A stretch of 64,000 bases of DNA from Histomonas meleagridis 2922-C6/04-290x (taxonomy: Eukaryota > Protista > Parabasalia). Shown in pieces: positions 32,801-42,640 of the stretch. The first letter of the stretch is position 1; the number at the start of each line of letters is the position of its first letter. The notes below the pieces were generated by a model, which saw nothing but the letters and a program-made list of their open reading frames with translations, made no database searches and was not told where the DNA came from. The position numbers were made by a program, and so were the translations under genes. The stretch lies in the NCBI GenBank assembly GCA_020184695.1, contig JAANOX010000238.1:310001-374000 (forward strand), written 5' to 3'.

Positions 32801-35800
32801 CAAAATTCGATTTTTTTTATTAGTTTGGATATATTTTCATCTAAACTAAATAATATTAATTGATCTGCTAATTGTATTTGAATTGATTTTTCTTTTTTTA
32901 ATGCAATGATTAATGATAAATTAAATAATTGAGGAAATTCATGTAATGTTTCAAATATTCGTGGATAATCAAATGAATCATCGATTTGGAAACATAATAA
33001 AAAAATGGAATTACTAAAATCACTTGATGTTAATGAAATAGAACGAATTAAATAAGGAAATAAAATCGGATTTTCTTGAAAGTTTACTGAATGAAGTAAT
33101 AAAATTTGTTCTTCTGTATTTTCAATTAACACAGTAATTTCTAAAAATAACTTAAAGAAATGTATTGTTTGTTTAATATTATCCGATTCTAATATGGAAT
33201 GAATTAATACATTAATATCATTTGGTATTAACTTTATTGAAGATCTTTTAATGATTATATTATCAATTAATTCCAAATATTTATCTTTCCGATGTAATTT
33301 ACATATAAAAAAATGTATAATACCTAATATCTTAATAAAAAAATCATCATGTAATATATATATTTGACATTTATCAAATAATATATCATTAATATGATAC
33401 ATTATGTTTTGGAATTCTTTAAATTTACATTTGGACCATATCGCAAAATTAAAAAGTATATTATTACATAATTTAAATAAAGCTTCATCATTAGCACATT
33501 CATCAATATAATCAGAGAATGCTAAAAAATGTTTAAATGTAAAAGGCTTTTTAGTTTTAGTCAGGAAATAAGGCAAAATATCAAAAGATTTCGATATTTT
33601 CTCACCAAAAAATGTTTGTAATGCTTTTATTAATAAAATCGAATATTCTTGTGTACAATTATCATATAATTTAAACACTAATAAAAAACGCTCAATTGGA
33701 TATGAATTCCTAAAAATATCTAAAATGTTGGAAACTATTGAAGATAATCCATTTTTTCCTATTAATATATTAATCTTTAATTCGGATTCAATATGTTTCG
33801 GGAAAATAAATGTCGGAACTTGATCTATTTCTGGTTTAGCAAAAGGATTTAATGATAATTTATCCATATTCGATTTAGATACAAAACCATTAAAAAATGT
33901 GAATGTGCCTAATTGATAAATACAAGTTAAAAGTGAATGATTACCATATAATTTAATAATATTACCCACTTCAAATATAATATCATCAACTTTAGGATGA
34001 ATTACTTGTAATGTATTTTCACTAATTTTCATTGAATTTAATTCAGTAATAATTTCGATTACTTTAAAATTAATACGAAATTGTATTGTAATGAAACACC
34101 ATTTATTTCCGGGTATTTTTTTTATTAATATATATTGTGATGTTTTACCTTTTTGATTAATATATAAACGTAATGATAATCGTTTCATTTTTACTTCTAA
34201 AAATGTATATTTAGGTAATTTTATTGTATAAATAGTAGGCTCAATGTTTAATTTTTGGGATAAAAATGAATCAGCAAAAATCCAAAAAGTTGTAACTGAT
34301 TCATGTAAAATTGGTTTTAAATGTAATCCAGAAACATTAAACAATTGTTTGAACATACATATCGGAAAACCTATTGATGAAAATTCATCTTTCTTACGTA
34401 TTAACACCAAAATTTTCTTTAAAAAACTTTTAGCTATAGGTGAGAAATGATTATTTTCTCGTGGAGATATGATTTTTAACATTTTCTCAACAACATATTC
34501 GGAACTTTTAGTACAAGATATTTTCATAAATAAACACATTATATGTTGAAACATATCCAATTTATTTTTAAAATTTCGAATATAACATCCACCAAAATTA
34601 AAATCATTTGGATAATTATATATCATATTTAACAATAAAAAATCGATTTTTCCTTCATTTAATTGAAATATGTTATAACTACTAAAGTCACATAATTGAT
34701 TTAACTTATCAAATAAATTATCGAAATCTTTAAAAAATGTACACGTCGAAAAAAATGGTACTAAAGCTTGAGAATTTATTATTAAAAAATTATCATTTGC
34801 TGAAACGTTTTTATTTGTAGCTAATAATTGATAAAATTGATCTTTACAAACAAATGAATATTTTTCAATTATCGATGAAACTTTAGAATAAATTTTATCT
34901 AATAATTTATAATGATGAGCTTTAATAACGAATTGTATCATTATATCTAACGTAAATGAAAAAATCGATTCATTATAATTCTCTTCTAAATATGAAAAAA
35001 TACTAATAAATATAGTTGAAGCAACTTGTTGTGAATATACAATAGAATTTTGGAACCTATTTAATAAATCATATAATAATTCAACTGGAATTAAAATACT
35101 TTGGAATAATGTAAATACATTTCGTATAAATACACAACATGAAATATCAGAAGTTTTCGATAAATAATAATTAAATGCGCTTTTCATCGTATTACTCATT
35201 AATAATGGTAAAAAATCATTTATTACAATGTTTCGAGATAATTGATTTATCGAAATCTTAAAAATAAAATTTGCGTTTAAACACATCGCAGAATATATCA
35301 TTCGTTGGAATTTATTCGCTGTTAATTTTGTTAATATTTGGAAATTCCGTTGAACTGTTAATACACAATTTATAGTTTCTTGATTATATAATGTTTGAGG
35401 ATAAATATTTTTTATATGTTGTTGAATTCTCAAAGTGATTTCAGCAAATAAAAAAGGATTTTTTACAAATTTCTTTAATAGCTCTGATAAATAAATAGTA
35501 CCATTTGATACTAACAAAGAAATAATTTTATCACGAAAAAAAGAAATAGTTTTAAACTTATTATCAGCATTAAATATAGTATAAGTAGGCAAAAAAAATT
35601 CCTCATTTAAAAGTGCATCAAAAACATTTCGTTCAAATGAAAAACGAAATGATATTTTCGATATACAATATAAAAACATTAAAAAGTCATTATTTTCGTG
35701 TATGTTTTCTGTTAATGATTTAAAAAACATGTTTAAATGTATCGGAAGAATTTCATTGCATATTTTTATGATTGGTTTTGTCGTAGCACGCCAAGAAATA

Positions 35801-36807
35801 TCTAAAAAAGAACTAATTTTCATTGTTTTATCAAAAAATATTACTGGCGTTGGTGCTTTATAAAAATCAAAATCAACTTCAAATATAGTTTTGTCATTAG
35901 GAAAAAAAGTTGAATATCCAAAATTTTCTTTTTGATGAAATGTAACTGTTCGTTGTTTTTTATTTTTATATATTATGTTTCCTAACTCATAATATAATTT
36001 CGATATATTTTTCGACTCCGAATTTTGCGCTAATATATGTAATATCACTAATGATTTAGGATTTGTTATTGAGTTTTGTATTAAATTTGTTAATTCTGTG
36101 TCATCAAATGTAATATTATATTCATTTAATGAATCAATTGTCGTTTGAATAAATGTTAAAATTCGGTCTTGAGACTCTTCTTCTATGCATCGTGGATATA
36201 TTTTAATGGAAATATTTAACGCATCAGTTAAATTGTTGGATTGAAACGTCGATAAGTTTAACAAAATTGATGTAATTAATTGATCTGATAATAAATTTTC
36301 ATTTGTTGCCATAAATTGTTTTATCGTTAAAATAATTAAATAACTTAATGTTCCGACAGTTTCTGGAAAAACTTTAATTAAATTTAATGAATTTTGGATA
36401 AGTAATAAATCATCATTTGTAATAACTGATGGATTAATTATAAAACTTATTGTATTATAATAAACAACAACTATGAATTTTTTCGATAATTCTTCGCTTA
36501 TTTCAAATCTTGAAACTTGTAAAAGCTGTTCTGAATGATAAGCAAATTTATCCGAAACAATTTGAAATGCTGTTATTATATCTTGGTTTTGATTTAAATT
36601 GGCTACAATTTTTGTAATATCTGATTTTTGAATTTTAGGAAAATTACACGATGCATAAAATTGATCAAACACAGATCCATTCGGGTTTGTTTTAGGAAGG
36701 AATTGGAAAAAAGATAAAACTTTTGCTAAAGGATGATGAATCATAGTTTGTGCAAAGCCACTTTTTTCATTAAAAACCTTTTTTCCCGGTGTCTCTATCG
36801 TCATCAT
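29839..36807 (-). CDS. BEACH-domain protein (PH-BEACH-WD40 C-terminus)
   Basis: ~2320 aa. KW.SGEYTNYEFLLYLNMFSGRSFKD.....IFPW, S..YYFVRIEP, KFDVKERMFNS, EFYSFPEMF, then WD-like repeats. The track start at 36861 is TTG; first ATG is 36807. Confidence 0.9.
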   Translation of the reverse strand: MMTIETPGKKVFNEKSGFAQTMIHHPLAKVLSFFQFLPKTNPNGSVFDQFYASCNFPKIQKSDITKIVANLNQNQDIITAFQIVSDKFAYHSEQLLQVSRFEISEELSKKFIVVVYYNTISFIINPSVITNDDLLLIQNSLNLIKVFPETVGTLSYLIILTIKQFMATNENLLSDQLITSILLNLSTFQSNNLTDALNISIKIYPRCIEEESQDRILTFIQTTIDSLNEYNITFDDTELTNLIQNSITNPKSLVILHILAQNSESKNISKLYYELGNIIYKNKKQRTVTFHQKENFGYSTFFPNDKTIFEVDFDFYKAPTPVIFFDKTMKISSFLDISWRATTKPIIKICNEILPIHLNMFFKSLTENIHENNDFLMFLYCISKISFRFSFERNVFDALLNEEFFLPTYTIFNADNKFKTISFFRDKIISLLVSNGTIYLSELLKKFVKNPFLFAEITLRIQQHIKNIYPQTLYNQETINCVLTVQRNFQILTKLTANKFQRMIYSAMCLNANFIFKISINQLSRNIVINDFLPLLMSNTMKSAFNYYLSKTSDISCCVFIRNVFTLFQSILIPVELLYDLLNRFQNSIVYSQQVASTIFISIFSYLEENYNESIFSFTLDIMIQFVIKAHHYKLLDKIYSKVSSIIEKYSFVCKDQFYQLLATNKNVSANDNFLIINSQALVPFFSTCTFFKDFDNLFDKLNQLCDFSSYNIFQLNEGKIDFLLLNMIYNYPNDFNFGGCYIRNFKNKLDMFQHIMCLFMKISCTKSSEYVVEKMLKIISPRENNHFSPIAKSFLKKILVLIRKKDEFSSIGFPICMFKQLFNVSGLHLKPILHESVTTFWIFADSFLSQKLNIEPTIYTIKLPKYTFLEVKMKRLSLRLYINQKGKTSQYILIKKIPGNKWCFITIQFRINFKVIEIITELNSMKISENTLQVIHPKVDDIIFEVGNIIKLYGNHSLLTCIYQLGTFTFFNGFVSKSNMDKLSLNPFAKPEIDQVPTFIFPKHIESELKINILIGKNGLSSIVSNILDIFRNSYPIERFLLVFKLYDNCTQEYSILLIKALQTFFGEKISKSFDILPYFLTKTKKPFTFKHFLAFSDYIDECANDEALFKLCNNILFNFAIWSKCKFKEFQNIMYHINDILFDKCQIYILHDDFFIKILGIIHFFICKLHRKDKYLELIDNIIIKRSSIKLIPNDINVLIHSILESDNIKQTIHFFKLFLEITVLIENTEEQILLLHSVNFQENPILFPYLIRSISLTSSDFSNSIFLLCFQIDDSFDYPRIFETLHEFPQLFNLSLIIALKKEKSIQIQLADQLILFSLDENISKLIKKIEFWMNWPIIFALQVKEEEVKEKICTFIVNMIINDFNKDTFDSVIITLKILETITNLDSFNLQVYILQKVYNNLKPNITKSKSIIIMRRCFLILFVQVMFDPTSPELWDLISKSPFQQETEEFYPQKADKITNMFEMKNMFSLYTKAEIQIKFRDKKVEELHNIIHEIISRMSNSYTFGTFVLRLIDYDRNSLENVHETFDYVLHYYPNVHQMLRTLKFKVNTFLNQINSRFESFEEPLKFISEHKYSIETPIKKFIEKELEYMEIWKKESKLLLKDLIRAEPLFNFKDFNECKWKRDFSFSKDFNCILLKRFHPEHSTKQKISYKEKNYITKFSCYKITISKTIRCIFLVFKNRFEIVTNHKIIIINYSKIRHILTRNRNQKPTAIEFFLTNNSSYLLDFSPNTSSAIMNSFESYPMKNLIYKENEQYPQFISHSNILTKWLSGEYTNYEFLLYLNMFSGRSFKDPNNNIIFPWIYFNEVKLRNFEFPLNSQTENRIDHFIENLKMNNYIFGASPSNAMLLSYYFVRIEPYTQLHLQIHDNKFDVKERMFNSLNNFINSLLNDDEWKESTAEFYSFPEMFLDLNEMKIGDLKTSYSTIYDMIYESRKLLESDSVSTHLCHFINHLWGISQHEFAQLENIDVFNSYLYEDAYKNKDLIQEMIPTLLSKLGSIPPKVFYKNIPPRRIQNKKCFVNDIIKIKFPRPCTIKKGFIFEKNGIRLITSFHDGTQQRFFVDINAQNITPVYLAPLRLKPPSDAIFVVSNDVVFIFDEKKEKIHCIGFEQYKVINVQIPQIDFAFSGPNDEIITATKTGSVKRWKAPKFKTYPLFSITLETISSVYVSDIYGIFVCATNDGYLRIYSIHQKKLINSINLKCMVEKIIITDGLGFIIVYNSSNEIMLFTINGFFIKKTFVDFQIYKWNTFRDVSGFDYICCANSFGHIFVFEAYWPENVTHIASCNKNIIAMSYNKYYKVIVALSSDAKLFIIPLFLE

Positions 36808-36845
36808 TTTTGAAATGTTTATTTTAACGCTTAAACGGTCTTCAT

Positions 36846-39383
36846 ATGAACACACCAACAATCGATAAGATTATTGGAAGTTCAACTATAAATAGAAATA
36901 ATTTTGTATTACATTATAAAACAGCTGCATGCGCTTTTGCAAGCCATGGCTTTTTATCAATAATTTTACCAAAAGAAAAACAAAGATATGATTTATGCGT
37001 TGCTAATGATCTTAGAGAAATTACTGCTCTAGCTTTCTCAAATAATGGACGTCATCTTGCAATAGGAGAAAGTGGAACTAATTCTAGATGTTTTATAGTT
37101 ACATTTTCAGAAAAGTATGAAAGAATAACATCAAAAATTGAAGTTCATACAAAAGAAAATGGTTTTTCATGTCTTGCCATGGATTCTACTCATGGAAAAT
37201 TAATCACAATTGGAAATGATTCTCAACCATTTTTTTTAATATGGGATATATCTCAATCTAAACCAATTTGTATTGGCTGTTATCACCTACCAACTATTCC
37301 AACACGTTTACAAATGGCACTTAACGGATCTTTTGCCATTGTTTCAGGTGATAAAATGCTTAAATATATTGATACATCAATTCCAACAAATTCTACACCA
37401 GTTACCCTTAAATGTCGAAACCTAAATATTGGTCAATTTAAAAACATGAATTTTGTTTCATGTAGTATTAGTGTTGAAGAACCATATCAAATATATGGAT
37501 TAACAAATGATGGCACATTATGTGTTTATGACTCAAGTACTATCACTACTAAACTACGACGTATTCCCATTGTAACCACACCAATGTCCTTAGATTGTGG
37601 CGAAGCTACGTCAATAATAATGGACAAAAAAATTATTTTATGTGGAACAAAATCCGGCTCAATCTTAGCGATAAAAAAAGACGCGCAAGGTAAACATAAG
37701 ATTTTTGGCCAGTTTAGCTCTGATGGTAATGGCGTAATTGCAATTGGCATTTCAGAGCGCTTAACGGCCGCCGCTTATGAAGATGGGAATTTAATGTTTT
37801 GGCAGCGTAGAATCAATTCTCAGCCATTGTTAATCTTTCCAAGTCATCGTGGCCCAGTTTGTGGCTTAAGCATTCATGATAATTATATAATTTCATGTGG
37901 AAGTGATTCCACAATACGATTATGGAAATTACAACGTAATCGTGAATTAATTGAGAAAAGTTCTCAAGAAATGATATGCATGAAAACCATTACAAAAAAG
38001 AATTCTAATTTTTTAGATAATTTAACAGGTGTTCGATGTGTTTCCATTCGAAATGAATTAATATTTGCAGGAGATATTAATGGGAATTTACATATATTAA
38101 ATTTTAATGATTTAAGTGAAGTTAAAAAAATCATCGAAAACTTCACTGGCGTATTATGTATCTGTGCACATCCTATAGAGCCTTATATAGCTACAGGAGG
38201 CGGCGATGGATATGTTCGCATCTATAAGATCAATGAAGAGAATAATAATTTATCATTATATAACTCAAAACAATATTTTAATTCGCCAATAACTTCGATA
38301 GTGTTTACTAACTTAGGATTTGCTATCTCTTCTACGAATGGTATTAAGTTTTGTACGTTGAATGATGATGAAACTTTTTTTTCGTATGAAACTAATGAGC
38401 CTATTTTAGCTTTAGCGACTATACCTAATGGTAAAATGGTTTTTTCTTGTGGTTGTGATAATTATTTAACTATGTTTAAGTCTTCTGATGGAAGTATCTT
38501 TCGAAGATATAAACTTTCCCAATTTTCGTATCCGATGTGTATAGATATCGATAAATCTGGTTTATTTATAGCGATAGCTATGAGCGATAGTAGTATAAAG
38601 ATATTAGATTTGTTTAGTGGATCGATTTTATTTTCGTTTTTATCACTTGCTGGTATAATTACAAGTATTCATTTCCATGAAGGTGATTTATTATTATCCT
38701 CTGCTTCCGGTTGTATTTTTAGATGGGAAACTCCATCAATAATTCATAAAATCATTTATGAACATGAAAATGAAAATCAACCTATACTTGATATAATATT
38801 AAACGCTAATGAAAAAACTAATAATAATAACATAAATTTAAAGCGTTCTTATGGTACTTTAATGAAAGGTAATATACCGAATAAAGATTGGATATTTAAA
38901 GAATTGAATAATGACCAATTAAAACAACAAAACCCTCTTTCGCAATATGATAACATTGAGGAAGAAGAAGAAATAGAACAAACTGATTTCGACGCGCCAC
39001 GACCTAATTTAGATGGCGAATATGAAACTAAAGTCGATGACTTAGTACGGAAATCATTTGTTCGAAGAAATAACGAAGAACAAATTAATGATAATGAAAA
39101 TAAAAACGAAATTGAAATTGTCGAAAATAACGAAAATGAAATCGTAGTAGAAACTAAAACAACAGCCGAGCAAATTAGAGAGGCAGCTAAAAGGCTTCAA
39201 GACGCGTTTGTGAAGGCAAAGAAGTTGCTCGACGTGAAGCCAAGTTGTCCGGAAGAAATTGCTGCAAAGGCACTGCTGAATACCACTTTGGAAGCAATTA
39301 GAAAAGAATTGTCACCCCAAGAAACACCGATTAAAATTATGGAATATGCTAAAGAAATTATGGAGTTGGCAAGCAAATTATAA
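36846..39383 (+). CDS. WD40 protein, WDR62/MAPKBP1-like
   Basis: 845 aa: ITALAFSNNGRHLAIGESG, SHRGPVCGL...IISCGSDSTIRLW, IATGGGDGYVRIY, SGLFIAIAMSD. C-terminal acidic and coiled-coil region. Confidence 0.8.
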   Translation: MNTPTIDKIIGSSTINRNNFVLHYKTAACAFASHGFLSIILPKEKQRYDLCVANDLREITALAFSNNGRHLAIGESGTNSRCFIVTFSEKYERITSKIEVHTKENGFSCLAMDSTHGKLITIGNDSQPFFLIWDISQSKPICIGCYHLPTIPTRLQMALNGSFAIVSGDKMLKYIDTSIPTNSTPVTLKCRNLNIGQFKNMNFVSCSISVEEPYQIYGLTNDGTLCVYDSSTITTKLRRIPIVTTPMSLDCGEATSIIMDKKIILCGTKSGSILAIKKDAQGKHKIFGQFSSDGNGVIAIGISERLTAAAYEDGNLMFWQRRINSQPLLIFPSHRGPVCGLSIHDNYIISCGSDSTIRLWKLQRNRELIEKSSQEMICMKTITKKNSNFLDNLTGVRCVSIRNELIFAGDINGNLHILNFNDLSEVKKIIENFTGVLCICAHPIEPYIATGGGDGYVRIYKINEENNNLSLYNSKQYFNSPITSIVFTNLGFAISSTNGIKFCTLNDDETFFSYETNEPILALATIPNGKMVFSCGCDNYLTMFKSSDGSIFRRYKLSQFSYPMCIDIDKSGLFIAIAMSDSSIKILDLFSGSILFSFLSLAGIITSIHFHEGDLLLSSASGCIFRWETPSIIHKIIYEHENENQPILDIILNANEKTNNNNINLKRSYGTLMKGNIPNKDWIFKELNNDQLKQQNPLSQYDNIEEEEEIEQTDFDAPRPNLDGEYETKVDDLVRKSFVRRNNEEQINDNENKNEIEIVENNENEIVVETKTTAEQIREAAKRLQDAFVKAKKLLDVKPSCPEEIAAKALLNTTLEAIRKELSPQETPIKIMEYAKEIMELASKL

Positions 39384-39695
39384 TATATTTGTTTTAATAA
39401 AGCGATATAAAAAATAAATTTGTTTGTTGTTTTGTTGAGTGAGACTTAATAAAATATAAAATTTGTTGATTAGATTGAATGAAGAAGCTTCTTTTTGTTG
39501 TTGATTTCCTATTTAGTGTCAGAGAGACAAAAGAATTCATAAATTTTTGCTTTTCAAATATGGATTATATTTTATTAGATCAATTTGTTTTAATAACATT
39601 TCAAGATGTAAACATTATTCTAATGAAATTTCATTTTTAGACACTTTTCGTATTTCAAAAAGTTATGATGTCACTTTTTTAAAAAGGAATTTTAA

Positions 39696-42031
39696 ATGGA
39701 AACAAAGAATGGGCAAGAAAATGAATGGGAAACATTACTATATATTAAGGATTTAATTTTTAATTTAAGCAATGAAAATATTATTCAATCTGCCAAATTG
39801 ATCATTAACAAATTCGATAATGTATATCCAAATACTTTTAACTTAATTATCATTAAAATCACACATATAAGTGTTGTTATGCGAATGAATAAAATTGATT
39901 TATATTTGAATTTTCTCAATGAAATTCAAAAATTAGAAGTGAATCTCAACAAAGAAATAGATATTTTTAATTTGTATGCACGTTTTCTTCTTGATGAAGA
40001 GACACAAGAATCATATTATCTTCTTACGAAAATGATTGAAAGTAATTTGATTGATCAAAAAATTGTACAAAAATTACAAAATTTATATTTTATACAATAT
40101 ATGCCAGAGAAAAAAATTGAAACATTATATGATGTAAACTATGAAGAACTTTCAAAGAATGATTTTGCACTTCATAAGAAATTAATTAAAGAAGGAGTTA
40201 ATCCAAATGAAATTGCAAGAATAATACGAAATGATGAAATCGAAAAACTTCAAGAAATATCATCACAATCACATTTTGATTTTAATCAAACAATTGAGCC
40301 ATCACTTTATGAAAGATGTTCATTTATTAATCAAGAAAATGTTACATTAATTGATTATGCAGCATTTTTTTCTTCAGTTAAATGTTTTAAATATTTACTT
40401 ATGAATAATGCAAATGTAAATGATACAGGTAAATATGCTGTTGCAGGTGGAAATGAAGAAATTATACATTTATGTGAACAAAATCATTCATCATTTGAAG
40501 GTGCATATGAAACAGCAATTATGTTTCATCGAAATGATATCTTTAAATATCTTTATGAAAATAAAATTGAAAAAATTAATTTAGAAGAGTTAGGAACGTA
40601 CTGTTTTTTATATCATAATTATGAAATTTTCTCGTTTTTGATTGATAAAGGAATGAATATTAATGATTCCATTATTAACAAAGCAGTAAAAGTTGAGAAT
40701 ATTTTTCTTGTTAAATATTTTCTTAAATCTAATAAACTCCCATACGATATTTTAGTTTTTGCTTCAGAATCAAAAAATATTGAAGTTGTTAAATTTATTC
40801 TTGGACAAAAAGGAATTGATATTAATGCTAAAAGTATTTGTTTGTCTCATTTGATATTTGTTTTGATAGTTTAAAATTTCAAAATAATATTTGGAAATTA
40901 TTTTAAATATTTGAAACAGCACTTTTGGAAGCATCTTATTTTGGTTATACAGAAATAGTTAAATTACTTCTTGAACAAGAAGGAATTGATATTAATGCTA
41001 AAGATATATATTTGTTTTATTTAGAATTTATTTTAATAATTTTATATTTCAAAATAATATTTGGAAATTATTTAAATTGTTTAGAACAGCACTTATTTGG
41101 GCATCTCATTTTGGAAATGCAGAAATAGTTAAATTACTTCTTGAACAAGAAGGAATTGATGTTAATTCTAAAGATATATATTTAACTTATATGAGAATTA
41201 TTTTAATAATTTGACGTTTCAAAATAATATTTGGGAATTATTTAAATTATTTATGACAGCACTTATTTATGCATCAAATAAAGGTCATACAGAAATAGTT
41301 AAATTACTTCTTGAGCAAAAAGGTATTGATATTAATGCTAAAGATATTTATTTGTTTTATTTAATATTAATTTTAATAATTTGATATTTCAAAATAATAT
41401 TTGGAAATTATTTGAAATATTTAAAACAGCATTTATGATAGCATCTTCAGAAGGTCAAACAGAAATAGTTAAATTACTTCTTGAACAAAAAGGAATTGAT
41501 GTTAATTCTAAAGATATATATTTAACTTATATGAGAATTATTTTAATAATTTGATGTTTCAAAGTAATTTTTGGAAATTATTTAAATTATTTTGGACAGC
41601 ACTTATGTATGCATCTTCAAATGGTAATACAGAAATAGTTAAATTACTTCTTGAACAAGAAGGAATTGATATTAATGCTGAAGATATTTATTTGTTTTAT
41701 TTGAAATTTATTTTAATAATTTGATATTTCAAAATAATTTTTGAAATTTATTTAAATTTTTTAGAACAGCACTTATGTGGGCATCTTTTAATGGTCATAC
41801 AAAAACTGTTAAATTACTTCTTGAACAAGAAGGAATTGATATTAATGCTAAAGACATTTATTTGTTTTATTTGAAATTTATTTTAATAATTTAATATTTC
41901 AAAATAATATTTGGAAATTATTTAAATTTTTTAGAACAGCACTTATGTATGCATCTTTTAATGGTCATAAAGAAATAGTTAAATTACTTCTTGAACAAGA
42001 AGGAATTGATATTAATGCTAAAGATATTTAA
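39696..42031 (+). CDS. DUF3447-type N-terminal domain plus ankyrin array, interrupted by seven 68-nt non-canonical inserts (inferred whole gene)
   Basis: ORF 39696-40874 is followed by stop-free ankyrin modules starting at 40916, 41086, 41256, 41426, 41596, 41766 and 41936 (exact 170-nt period). The last ends DINAKDI-TAA at 42029-42031. The joined product is an inference. Confidence 0.72.
40812..42031 (+). repeat. 170-nt ankyrin+insert tandem array (7 modules)
   Basis: GGAATTGAT at 40812, 40982, 41152 and onward; ACAGCA every 170 nt. Confidence 0.97.
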
Positions 42032-42640
42032 TTGTTTTATTCAAATTATATAGTAATTTGATGAATAAAATTTAAAAGTACTTTTTCTCTTTATTTATAA
42101 ATGCTTTTGATAAAATAACTTGATAAAAAATATTTAAATAACATTATATTAACAATTAAGTATCTCATGATGTTATATACATGTTTTAAATATCGGGTGA
42201 AAATGTGTGCAAATAAGTCCAAGAATAAACATTTTTAAATAATCACTGATAAAATAATTTGAAATAACATAGAGAATATACCATATGTAATATACAAGTG
42301 CTTTCAAAGCAAAAAATACTTTTTATTATCCAATGATTTTTGTTTTATGAGATTTTGGAACAGTCACCAAAAAGATTTTTTTATAAAATGTGTCTTTTTA
42401 TCGAAAAGTAAATTTTTATTATTATATTCCAATCATCATAATTAGAAAATAACATTTTAAGCAAGAAAACTCATCAAGACGTGTGAATTTCCCTTTTATT
42501 TTTTGAAATTAATTTTTAATTTATTCAAAAGAAATAATTGATAAAGTTGAACTTATCATTCCAAAAATTATTTTTTTGATGAATAAGATTTCTTATCAAA
42601 AATTTTAATATTTAATTTTATTAAATAACAAACATTTTCA

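Noticed and set aside
35500-35520. ACTAAC hits as parabasalid intron branch points (also near 6104, 21279 and 47720)
   Set aside because: They lie inside intact ORFs, on antisense strands or in a TIR, without a matching GTAYGT 5' site; no canonical intron is supported in this window.
40842-40909. MITE or transposon origin for each insert
   Set aside because: No terminal inverted repeats or target duplication at the junctions. The inserts are copied along with the tandem unit rather than inserted independently.
40830-40916. Programmed -1 frameshift reading through the insert (FQNNIWKLFK frame)
   Set aside because: That frame has stops in 3 of 12 68-nt inserts, including the first one of the 39696 gene, and in both 27.4 kb copies. 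No conserved X-XXY-YYZ slippery site is present. Disfavoured, not disproven.
41864-41934. Canonical 71-nt GT...AG intron explanation for the ankyrin inserts
   Set aside because: GT and AG fall in frame-restoring positions in only 5 of 12 full-length inserts. Others end in GA, AT, AA, TG, CA or GG or start with AA or AT. No ACTAAC branch motif is present, and the AG belongs to a codon that varies like a coding position. Not excluded for individual copies.
40812-42031. Alternative genetic code (TAA/TAG/TGA reassignment) as the explanation
   Set aside because: The inserts shift the frame, so recoding cannot fix them. Long conserved genes here (XPB, BEACH, CAP) have no in-frame stops and end at standard stops.
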